From Eledone cirrhosa (Eukaryota): a stretch of 64,000 nucleotides of DNA. The first letter of the stretch is position 1. Each line of letters starts with the position of its first letter. The position numbers and the translations under genes are program-made. The stretch lies in NCBI GenBank assembly GCA_964016885.1, contig OZ024743.1:31000001-31064000 (forward strand), written 5' to 3'. Shown one piece after another: positions 28,466-40,756 of the stretch. The notes under the pieces were generated by a model, which saw nothing but the letters and a program-made list of their open reading frames with translations, did no database searches and was not told the DNA's origin.

Positions 28466-28895
28466 TCGGGTGACTTCAGTCGTGGAGGGGGTTGGGTTGC
28501 GTCTAACCCTAACCCTAGACACGCCGCATGACGGTGCGTGTACGCCTTTACAAGGAGTTATATGGTGTGTATATATATAAAGATAAATTAATAAAAACAA
28601 TGAAATAAAAACAAAGAACAGGTTCCTTATATTGAAAAATTCATCATTTTACGATCGTTTCGGGGATATATATGTGTGTTGGTCATATCATATTAAAGAT
28701 CTATGTAAAAACATATTACAAATTATCAGAGGACATATACATACCTTCACCTATACATGCCATCTTCTGTCTTCCTATGATTTTTATCGTTAATTTTTGA
28801 AGGCATTCTCTCTTTTCATGTTATCTTCTATATTTGGATTACATTGAGTTCTTCATACGGATTGGACACTTCCGTTTATTTTGGTAGATTTATCT

Positions 28896-29005
<110 letters not shown>

Positions 29006-29015
29006 CCACCATATG

Positions 29016-29074
<59 letters not shown>

Positions 29075-29136
29075 CAGGTAAACATATATAACAAAACAAA
29101 TGGTACAGTAAATGGAAGGATATATATATATATATA

Positions 29137-29494
29137 GTTGGTGTTGGATGCTTAATGCTTCCAATGGCGGTGCGCCGTTTGAGCACTCGATGCTCTCATA
29201 GAGCAGAGTATGATATCACAGGAAAAAAAATCAGTGTTGCGACGAATGGAATTTATTGGACATATTACAATCGTTTCTCTGGCGAGCAGCTCCAGGCACG
29301 ATCGATGTGGTGATCGAACCTGACTCCGAAAATCGGTTCGTAGAATCATGACGTATCTGAGGATCTTTCGATTTTCAGAGTCATGTCCAATCATCACATC
29401 GATCTTACCTCGAGCTGGTCGCAAGAAAACGATTGTGATATGTCCAACAATTTCCATTCGTCGCAATAGTGATTCTCTTTTTTTCTGTGAGATA
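29137..29494. mobile_element. Older fold-back insertion (arms ~29213-29337 and ~29367-29494) with a degenerate long-stem-II HHR at 29350-29444
   Basis: Diverged inverted arms. GACGTAT-CTGAGGA...AAAC-GATT-GTG-ATATGTC on +; the left arm retains GAAAC-GATT-GTA. Confidence 0.7.
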
Positions 29495-29522
29495 TATATA
29501 TATAAATATTTATATATATATA

Positions 29523-29587
<65 letters not shown>

Positions 29588-29697
29588 GTAATAAAATGAA
29601 AACGAAATTAAATTTCTCACTCTTAGTAAGGCACTTACTTAAATGTAAGTATGTATGTATACGTACATACATATATGTATACAGACGTACAGTAGCA

Positions 29698-29735
<38 letters not shown>

Positions 29736-29974
29736 TACATACAGGTACACATACATATACGTACGCATCAGTTTAGCGGACGCTTATTATAGCGCCCGCT
29801 TTGTTCGTTTGTAAACAAACTGAACAGCCTGAATTTATGCCGAACGGTGTTAAGGCAACCACGTCAACTTTTTGTTCAACACTGACGCAGGAACGATGTA
29901 CTAGTTTCATATAACAGTCGAGTTTGCAATTTTCAACTGTTGAAAATTGCAAACTCGACTGTCACCACATATCA

Positions 29975-30013
29975 TGAACCTGAAGATTGCGAAAGCATGA
30001 AAGTACTTGTTCA
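29975..30013 (+). ncRNA. Minimal hammerhead ribozyme
   Basis: TGAAC-CTGAAGA-tTGC-gaaa-GCAt-GAAAG-TA-CTT-GTTCA: perfect 5-bp stem I, GAAA-capped stem II, palindromic AGTACT and a CUU site. Confidence 0.85.
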
Positions 30014-30129
30014 ATTAACACTTAGAATTTAATATTCTATCATACTATTTCATTATAATACCATATTATATATATTTTAAAGGACTGTAAATAAAACGAG
30101 TAAATCAGACAAAGTTGGAATTCCTCTTA

Positions 30130-30232
<103 letters not shown>

Positions 30233-32680
30233 GAAGACAGAGAGAGTGGGAGGGAGAGAAAGAGAGTACTGTTCGAAATAATTTACAGAAAAAAAGAAAT
30301 ATATATACTTTTCTCATATTTATACTCATGAAAAAATTGTACACAGAATTAATGGCATGCAATACGCATACCGATATAAGTGAAAATCATTATGAACTAG
30401 ACATGAAAGTCGATACAGTCATATACGTTCTTACTAATATTGCTCAATTTGTCAAAGTTTATATTGAAAATATTAACAGAATATGAATACATTTATGTAA
30501 AATGTATCCATCAATTATTAATGACTATTGTTCTAAACTGTCAATATGATTTTTCTTATATATCCCACCGGCAAAATCTAAATTATCTTTCTTACTTGTG
30601 AAATATTTTTTAATTTAAAATTACATTTTTTAACTTCAAAATCAAATTCCTGCCACATCTTGAGTAAAATATTTTCTAATAAGTCTGGCGATTAATATGT
30701 GCGCCGCGTATAACTAAAAGCAGATTAATCGCACTTGTACCCCTATGTTTGCTACTTCTTTGAATAGGGGATGATAATAATAGTGTTGGTAATAGAAATA
30801 GCTTGGGTGGCACTAAGGATTAAAATGCTGATAATGACGACCATGAGATAAATGTCAATAATATAAACTACGGTTTTTAAAAGGAGTGATTGCATATAGT
30901 GGGTATTGAAAGTAGTTCTGCAAACGTTTTTGTGACAGAAAATTCATAATATTAATGTTTTACTTTGGTTTAATTTAGCAATTTAGTAAGCAGACTTCTT
31001 GTCTTAGGAAGAAAGAGTACACATTTTTGTTACTTCAACTCTCATTAAGGATGACATATTTCGTTGGTCAATAGATTAGCTGCCTCGAAAAGTAAGAATT
31101 TATTAAATATCCCCTTTCATATTTCATGAATTCAAGTTAGATTAAAGGTATAATTCAAAATATTTAAGATGTATACTTATACATATAGCACTTAGAATTT
31201 TACTGGTACTTTATAGAATGTGACAATCACTGATATGGTAATATTGGTTTTTATAATGTATTATATCTTCAGGCTAGTGAATAGGACTATAATGAGTAGC
31301 TCGTAGCTCGTAGCATTTAATTGATCCCAGATTAATCAAATATGCATTCATGCTAGAGAATGCTACAGAGAAACATGTTAAATTATCATGTGTATAACAG
31401 CTTGTTTAAAAGTATTATAACCTATATTTTGACTATATAAGTCGATGTCATATTTGGCATGTCTAAATTTTGAACAAACTATCAGAAGCTGGTTGATGCT
31501 AAAAAATATATTTGGCAGTTACTTTAGATATAACCAGAATATTATTTTTTTATCAAATCATATAAGGTTTAGGCGATTTAAATATGCTGTAAAATATGTT
31601 AAAAATTCAACATACCTTGGAATAGGAAGAATATTATCGATACATTGAATGTAGGATGAAAGTTTAAATACACTTTCTATATATTAACCCTCAAAGTGTT
31701 GGAGTGAAGTTTTTAGAGATAATTTAATAGAAGGCATATATAAAACCTGATTGAACGATTATAGTTGTTAGTTTAAACAACGTGAACCCTATATGGTATA
31801 TGACATAAATTATACAGGCATAAATTTGAAAGTCAAAATAGATAAATAAGAACTGATTTGTATTTGTTTTCTTTTTTTTGTGTATGTGTTAAAAATATCC
31901 TTCTGCAAAATTCACATCCGTTCAACTTAACACAAATGTGTAGGAAAATCATTCATCACAAATGTATCTACCATTGACCAGATCGTACGCTACCTTTAGA
32001 ATATATGAATGTTTATGGGTGTAGGAAACGATACATATGTATTTTAGTGTAGAGAGAGTGCATTTTGTTCTTCGCATGTAGAGTTGTATTTCTGTTCTTT
32101 GGATATACTCACGTATTATCTTCTGCCTGCCAACACACAAACTCGATGCATCTTCCCACATCTATAAACATTTTCAGAACAAACTTTCCTTAATCGGGAA
32201 TTCATGAGATGGGGTAACTTTTGCTCCTGTACTTATATTTGTATGTTTAAGTATATAACATTTTATAAATCGTAGAAAATACATTTTTGTGTGTAAATAT
32301 TTAATATATATGTATAATAGTGTGATTATCAACATTTAAAATTCAAGCTACATTAACCAACTATTCGTTTGACAAGCCACGTTTTTTCTTCTGCAAATCT
32401 GACGGCTTATATTTCAAATTAAGTATATATATATATTGATTTAGCTTATAACAAACATTATCTTTATTTCTTTTGACTAAGGAAGATTATTTCAAAGTAG
32501 TAGATATAAAATATATATTTAGAAACATTTTATCTTACTGTGGTTTTTACGTCTTTCATTTGATGAATGTCTCATTTGAATGTACTGCAAGTTGTTTGTT
32601 TTGGCACATTCTTTTAACTTCATAGAACATTAGTTATTTTGTGATGTGTATTCATGTACATCAGAAGCCAGTTGGATACT

Positions 32681-32762
<82 letters not shown>

Positions 32763-32779
32763 GTATATATATATATATA

Positions 32780-32839
<60 letters not shown>

Positions 32840-33029
32840 GTATATATATATCTATATATATATACATATAATATATATATATTTATATATAAAATATTAA
32901 ACAAATAATGAATAAAACAATGAAACAGTTCCTTATATTAAACAAAAAAAGTTCATTATGTAACGATCGTTTCTAGGATATATATGTGTAAACTCTTGGT
33001 AGATTTATCTACATATATTTATATATATA

Positions 33030-33153
<124 letters not shown>

Positions 33154-33155
33154 GT

Positions 33156-33190
<35 letters not shown>

Positions 33191-33879
33191 CTTATATATA
33201 TATATATATATACTTATATATATATATATATACTTATATATATATATATGAATATATATATATATTTGTGTGTGGGGGGTATATGTGTGTGGGGGGGGGG
33301 GGGGGTGTCTGTGTGTGCGTGTATGTATGTGTGTGTGTGCATGTGTTTCTTTCCACGATCTGTGCTGAATGACCCAAACAATCAACTAGCTATAATGTAA
33401 TCAAGCATAAGGACTACGAGCTGTATACGACCATGTTACTGCATGTTTAGTATCAGATGGAATATCAATATTAAGAAAGAAGAGGAGTGACGGTCTTACA
33501 TTTTCCATTTCATTTCATTGTCTCACACCACACTTGTTATGTACATTTCGAATGCATTATAATGTCGATATCTAATAGTTATTACATGTCGTATCGTAAT
33601 AAAGTTTCAGAAATGTGAGCAATGTTTATACTTTTGGTTTTTGATATGCCCACATTTGAATGGATGTGGTTCTTTTGGTTCAAAGCAAGCTACATTATGC
33701 TGGCGTGTGGCTTCTAGATAAGATAGATGAGTTGAAGTTGCTTTAGTTGAGGTAGGAAGTGGGAATAGGTAAGTGTACTCCGTGACAATCATTTTTGTCG
33801 GTCTCCAATGGATTTCAATGGGGTTGAAACATTCCTACACATTTCATCACTATACGGGCATCAGTATAATTCTCAGCAA

Positions 33880-34020
33880 CAGTTCAAATGCCGCCGAGGT
33901 TAACTTTGCCTTTCATACTTGCGGGGTTGATAAAATAAAGTACCAGTCACGCACTGGGGTCGATTTAATTGACTTTCCCCTCCCCCCAAATTGCTGGCCT
34001 TGTGCCTATATAAGAAACCA
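33880..34020 (+). mobile_element. tRNA-SINE (5' part degenerate)
   Basis: agttcaaatgccgccgaggttaactttgcctttcat...gataaaataaagtaccagt...aattgctggccttgtgccta. Confidence 0.8.
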
Positions 34021-35464
34021 GTATAATTCTCAGCAAATAAACACGATGCTATTATTATTATTATTGTCACTGTGAATATCACGATGGTGTACTTTAGTTT
34101 ATAGTGAATAATTATTTATTTTAGATAAGATGTAGCAGAAAGAGGGATATGTTTGATATCAACTTATTTGTATAGCTATGAGCATGTTCGCAAGCTAAAT
34201 CCAGGTATAATAATTTCGCATCATCGTACAGGCGCATACTTGGATATAATCATAAAGCAGCCATGTAGTACAATACACGCAGTTATACGAGAAAACATAC
34301 GCACACACTCGTAGGCATGCACTTCCAAGATATCAGTCTGGACCATGTGTGAAAACATTCTTTATTTCTTCCTTCATCTATCTTTATGTACAATATGCTT
34401 TTCAGACATTTGACGTTAACAAAATATGTCTGCAATAAACTTCGGGTTCTTATAGCGAGACATAAGGCAGAGGTCGATACATACTGGCTATAAGTAGTTG
34501 AAAATATAATAAATATAATAGTATTAATAGCTGGTGTTGTAGAATGAAACTCAATAAATCATATCGTTAGATATAAATCGTCATTTAAGTGAGCACACAT
34601 AATCCTCTATAAAATAACAATAAATCTAGTCAAAAAGAAAAAAACATTTTATTGACAATATAATACATCTACCTAAACCTATATTAATATAAAAACATTC
34701 AAGTACATGCTAGCGTATACTCAAGGGATATACTTGCTCAACCCAGAAAATTTAAGCATGTTATGAATCTAACCTAACATTATGCGTTTATAGTTTAAGG
34801 TCATAATCATTAAAACTATTACTGGAATTTAATGAAAAAAACGAAAACATAATAGGAAGATCAATATATAAGCTATGAAATCGTTATTTTGGAAAGATTG
34901 CGAATACTCTTGACACTTGAAAGAGGTATAAGAATGTAGAATCACATATATATATATATATTCATGTAAGGCAAAATCACATCCATCAGTTCAATTCAAA
35001 TTGGGGGGTATATAATTAATTCAGTGAATTAAAATATTGAATTGTGTAAAAATATATAAACCAAATAAATGTATGATTTATGTGTTCATCATAAATATAC
35101 TTCACTGGTTTGAATAAGAAAGGTAAGAGTAATTTGCAATTTCCGAGTACATTGGTAGGTGTACGCCAGCTTGACATACAAAATGACTGAGGGGTGTGTC
35201 GCAATAAGCTAATCTAAAAGAAAACTTCACAGGCAACTTTCTCGGGGATCTATTCTTAGTGAAGTAGCCTCAAGCAAGAGGCTTCATTAAGGATAGAGAT
35301 CCTTAGGAAAGAAAGGGATCTTTTCGATTACATAACTTTGATCTACCTCACAATGAATGTGTATAACATGCTCTATCTGTAATTGTTTCACTGAATGTGA
35401 TTATATTAGCGATCTCTTTTCATTGAAATGATATGTATCATCGTGACAATTTAACTTATGTATA

Positions 35465-35547
<83 letters not shown>

Positions 35548-35551
<4 letters not shown>

Positions 35552-35762
35552 AACGAGTAGGACCCCGACGGCTGAGCTCAAGCCGTTGCGACGGCTAATT
35601 CTGGAATAGAAACAAATCTTTTTTTAGTCAAGAATTAGCCGTCGAAACGGCTCGAGCTCAGCCGTCGGGGTCCTACTAGTTCCTATTACACACTCTTCTA
35701 CCCTAAGTATTGAGTACTTTGGTGCGTTATGTTCCACCTGGTTCCTTACCACATTTCCGTCG

Positions 35763-35765
<3 letters not shown>
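35548..35765. mobile_element. Short fold-back insertion (arms ~35548-35602 and ~35631-35685) with right-side tail; tail also at ~5655-5735
   Basis: Inverted arms contain the HHR 3' half GAAACGGCT-cgagctc-AGCCGTC. The tail ctaccctaagtattg.gtact.tggtgcgttatg is shared with 5667-5701. Confidence 0.75.
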
Positions 35766-35839
<74 letters not shown>

Positions 35840-35847
35840 CTTATATA

Positions 35848-35901
<54 letters not shown>

Positions 35902-36022
35902 CGTAGGTCCCGTGTTGAGTCGGGGATAACCACAGTAACAAGGTACTCAATACATGGCAGAGTAAACATTTTTTTAATTTTATAGAAGGCGCTTCTACAG
36001 GACTAGTACTGTTTCATTCAGA

Positions 36023-36071
<49 letters not shown>

Positions 36072-36309
36072 TGGCATACACGAACTCATATGTCTGCTGG
36101 GCACACAAGCAATAGGACGGGTGTTTTTTTTCCTGCCAGAGACATATCAAACATATTGGATTTCATCTGAGGATACCGTTCTCATAATCAACAACAAATG
36201 CACGAAGTACATCTCGATCTCATGGAGGACCGTGTAAATAATTATAATGATTAAACGATATATGTAACCTCGGCATCTTATTTTGTTATTTATAGATATA
36301 TATATATAT

Positions 36310-38182
36310 AAACGGAAAAAATGAAACGAAACTTCATTTCCCACTCTTAGTACGGCTGTTACTTAAGTATAAGTATGTATACGTGCATACATATATGTAT
36401 ACAGACGTACAGTAGTATGTGTATATATATACATACATGCTCACATATATATATAAATGTACGTATAGATTCAACGAACATTTATTAAAATGCTCGGTGT
36501 GTTTGTAAACAAACATCCCGTATTAAGCCGCAGTGTCTAGCAACCATCGTTGCTCGTTTGGTCAACACTGACAAAGGAACGCTGTACTAGTTTCAAGCTT
36601 ATTAGCTATCGTCAGCAACGTATACCTTCCTGCCAGATGATTGAACGTCTGAAAGTATATACTTTCCTTATGCATATTAACGGCTAAGCAGCCTAATTTT
36701 CATATCGAGTGGGTTAATAGGCCGGGTGCACCGAAAACGATGAACGGAAAAAATGAAACAAAATTTCATTTCCAACTCTTAGTACGGCTGTTACTTAAAT
36801 ATAAGAATGTATACGTACATACATATATGTATACAGACATACAGTAGTAGTAGTAGTACGTCTGTATAGATATATGTATGTACGTATACATACTTATATT
36901 TAAGTAACAGCCGTACTAAAAGTGGTCGATTAACCCACTCGATATGCAAATTAGGCTGCTAAGCCGTTAATATGCATAAGGAAAGTATATACTTTCAGAC
37001 GTTCAATCATCTGGCAGGAAGGTATACGTTGCTGACGATAGCTAATAAGCTTGAAACTAGTAGAGCGTTCCTTTGTCAGTGTTGAACAAACGAGCAACGA
37101 TAGTTGCTAGACACTACGTCTTAATACGGGTTGTTTGTTTACAAACACACTGAGCATTATAATAAATGTTCGGTGAATCCATACGTACATATATATATAT
37201 GTGTGCATGTATGTATATATATATACATACTACTGTACGTCTGTATACACAATGTATGTACGTGTACATACTTACATTTAAGTGACAGCCGTATTAAGAG
37301 TGGGAAATGAAATTTCGTTTCTTTTTTTCCGTTTATCGTTTTCGGTGCACCCGGCCGATTACCCCACTCGATATGCAAATTAGGCTGCTCAGCCGTTAAT
37401 ATGCATAAGGAAAGTATATACTTTCAGACGCTCAATCATCTGGCAGGAAGGTATACGTTGCTGACGATAGCTAATAAGCTTGAAACTAGTACAGCGTTCC
37501 TTTGTCAGTGTTGAACAAACGAGCAACGATGGTTGCTAGACACTACGGCTTAATACGGGATGTTTGTTTATAAACACACCGAGCATTATAATAAATGTTT
37601 GGTGAATCCATACGTAGATATATATATGTGTGCATGTATGTATATATATATACATACTACTGTACGTCTGTATACATATATGTATGTACGTGTACATACT
37701 TATATTTAAGTAACAGCCTTATTAAGAGTGAGAAATGAAATTTCGTTTCATATGTTCCGTTTATCGTTTTCGGTGCACCCGGCCGATTAACACACTCGAT
37801 ATGAGAATTGGGCTACTCAGCCTTTAATATGCATAATGTAAGTATATACGTTCAAAAATCTGGAAGGAAGGTATACGTTGCTGACGATAGTTAATAAGCT
37901 TGAAACTAGTACAGCGTTCCTTTGTCAGTGTTGAACAAACGAGCAACGATGGTTGCTAGACACTACGGCTTAATACGGGATGTTTGTTTACAAACACACC
38001 GAGCATTATAATAAATGTTCGGTAAATCCATACGTACATATATATATATGTGTGCATGTATGTATATATATATACATACTACTGTACGTCTGTATACATA
38101 TATGCCTGTACGTGTACATACTTATATTTAAGTAACAACCGTACTAAGAGTGGGAATCAAATTTCGTTTCATGTTTTCCGTT
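36310..38182. mobile_element. Retrozyme-like tandem array of a ~420-430-bp HHR-containing unit, with inversion near 36850
   Basis: HHRs at 36579-36621 (-), 37026-37068, 37455-37497 and 37875-37917 (+), spaced 429 and 420 bp. No credible ORF; (TA)n at both ends. Confidence 0.9.
37455..37497 (+). ncRNA. Minimal type I hammerhead ribozyme of family D
   Basis: ACGTTG-CTGACGA-tAGCT-aata-AGCTt-GAAAC-TA-GTA-CAGCGT: 6-bp stem I, canonical core, palindromic ACTAGT and a GUA site. Confidence 0.9.
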
Positions 38183-38325
38183 TATATATATATATATATA
38201 TATATTATACATAAGTTAAGACGGCCAACCGAACTGGCAACTGCTAATCGTTTGGTCGCCTTCTCGTCTCTCTGCATTTTCAGCCCCATGGATTGTTTCT
38301 ATTATATTCCATTGTTAAATTTCGA

Positions 38326-38383
38326 ATACCTGATGATGTCAGCGGAGTCATACTGAACCCTGTCGTTGAAATGTTCATAGTAT
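38326..38383 (+). ncRNA. Hammerhead-like motif in TA-flanked insertion 38210-38625
   Basis: ATAC-CTGATGA-(imperfect stem II)-GAAAT-GTTC-ATA-GTAT. Confidence 0.6.
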
Positions 38384-38622
38384 AATAAACCTTTAAGGAA
38401 ATGTACCAGTCCATCCTCATGTTATTGTATAATAATTAACTCCGTACTTGCACCACTAACAACACAAACGAAGACGGGTGAGTTGCATTATGTCGTGTGC
38501 CCTCATTAATATTACACACGGTTGACTATACAGAATGACCAGTTCTATCCAGTGGTAAACCAACGAACCTAAATGAATATATATTTTAACCTGTTGATTT
38601 ACACTTCTCTTCTTGTTCATAG

Positions 38623-38701
<79 letters not shown>

Positions 38702-38710
38702 ATATATATA

Positions 38711-38845
38711 TTAAAATAACAGATTCCAGTTTAAGCAAAGAGTCGCTGCTTTCACCCTTAACGGGATCTTCTGAAACTCAGAAGATCCCGTTAAGGGTGA
38801 AAGCAGCGATTCTTTGCTTAAAAATGTAATATGTTATTTTAATAA
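38711..38845. repeat. Family A palindrome with apex inside the HHR-like motif
   Basis: aagcaaagagtcgctgctttcacccttaacgggatcttctga-aac-tcagaagatcccgttaagggtgaaagcagcgattctttgctt. Confidence 0.85.
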
Positions 38846-39399
38846 ATATGTGCACAACGTTTCTTATATGTTTGATATATATTTATCCTAATCGAGCCCT
38901 CTTTGGATTTTATTATTATTACTATTAATATATATATAATTGTTTTGACAGGTTTTTGATATGAAATCGGGTGTCGAAACAAATGTAATTTCGCGCGTAT
39001 TCGTGATGTGGGTTTGCATAGCATTCATGTAGTCATCCAACTGCGAACACACACTGAACACTATGCACACCCGTACACGCATGCGCAATGAAGAAGGAAA
39101 AAGTAAACAGACAAAATAAAAATGGCGTAGATATACAGTACAACAGGAGGAACATAATAGTACCACTGATGATGTTGCAGATGTGCAACGAAAGAACTTT
39201 GTTAGACTATATATATGTGTTTATATCTATATTATAACTCTATCTTTGACCGTTGGTCAGTCAATGGTAAACATTGAGGACCGATTGAATTAACTGTGGA
39301 GATATAAAAGATACAGAAACGAAAACCAACCAAACAGTGAGTGTGTTCTGCTATCATCTCTGGCAATATTATTACAACAATATGACACACCCTAAGTAT

Positions 39400-39540
<141 letters not shown>

Positions 39541-39796
39541 AAAGAATAGAGGTGTAACACCCAAGTTATTATATATTGGTAAACGGAATAGAATATGGTG
39601 ACAGATTGTTCACAGTTGAAAAATGGTTTAATTACGAATAAAAGAGTATTAGTGATTGTATGGGTTAGTATTCAGTTGTGGTTTTAAGTTTTTAAGTTTT
39701 TACCGGTTGCGCATTTCTAAATTCTTTTCAAAAATAATTTTGAGATCGAGTGTCCGTGCTGTTTGCTCTGATCTGATTAGTTTTGGGAATTCTACC

Positions 39797-40011
39797 TGTT
39801 TTTATGTTAAAAAAGTGGCTCCAATTTGCAAAAATTCTTGTGGTCAAAACAATTTTGATTGGTCGGTAGAGGTCATGTGAATGTAAAAAATTGATTTTGC
39901 GCCAAGACTGTTTTTATGTTAAAAAGTGGCTCCAGCAACAATTATTGTGGTCAAAACAATTTTGATTTGTCGGTAGAGGTCATGTAAATAAAAATTGGTT
40001 TTGCGCCAAGA
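39797..40011. repeat. Two-copy ~105-112-bp tandem repeat in the Neptune 3' UTR
   Basis: tgtttttatgttaaaaa.gtggctcca...ttgtggtcaaaacaattttgatt.gtcggtagaggtcatgt...ttttgcgccaaga occurs twice. Confidence 0.85.
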
Positions 40012-40036
40012 TTGAGAAATGACTCTTTCACAACAA

Positions 40037-40104
<68 letters not shown>

Positions 40105-40170
40105 TAGTACTAAGGTGTTCGATGTTGTGATAATGGTTAGCAGCGATGTGTGTCAAATGGCTATTAAGAT

Positions 40171-40215
<45 letters not shown>

Positions 40216-40574
40216 GCAGAGTAATTCGTGGTGGTAGGGATGGTCAGTAAGAATGTGTCTGAAAGCAATGGGGGGTATTTTAGTATGTCAAAAGATATTT
40301 TTCAGCTTTTGTCTTATACGGAGAAGTGCGTGTGTGTGTGTGTGTGTATATATGTCTCTTTGTATGGTGATGTACGCGTGTATATGTGTGTGTGTATATA
40401 TATGTGTGTGTGTGGGGGGGGGGGGGCAGTATTTTTTCCCCCTGGTAAAATGGTGTACATTATTCGATTTTTTCAGTAAAATCGGTTCTCTTAATAGAAC
40501 ATCAAAAATCTTAACAATAAAAGGTGTGAAATGATATTCACTATATATATATATATACACATACATATATTCAC

Positions 40575-40606
<32 letters not shown>

Positions 40607-40756
40607 TACATATATATACATATATATATGCACATATATTTTTTTGTGTTGCACTATAGAGCATGTGTGGTTACGTATGTCATTGTGTTTATATGTGGGT
40701 AGAGATGTGTGCTGATGTAGTTATGTATGTTGACGTGTGTATGTTGTGGGTTCGTC

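Noticed and set aside
28487-28517. Telomere-like gggttgggtt...taaccctaaccct
   Set aside because: Only two units; too short to call an interstitial telomere.
28570-28850. HHR in the family shared with ~32880-33000
   Set aside because: GAAAC-GATC-GT(A/T) is present on -, but the 5' core (CTGATAA) and stem I are degenerate.
30668-30712. 9-bp inverted repeat GCGATTAAT/ATTAATCGC
   Set aside because: Short, with a poorly paired interior; compatible with chance.
36150-36226. HHR-like CTGAGGA...GAAG...CTC-ATGGA
   Set aside because: It lacks GAAA and a clear stem II.
36310-38182. CRISPR-like or simple satellite interpretation of the array
   Set aside because: There are no short repeats with unique spacers, the context is eukaryotic, and the whole ~425-bp unit repeats and carries an HHR.
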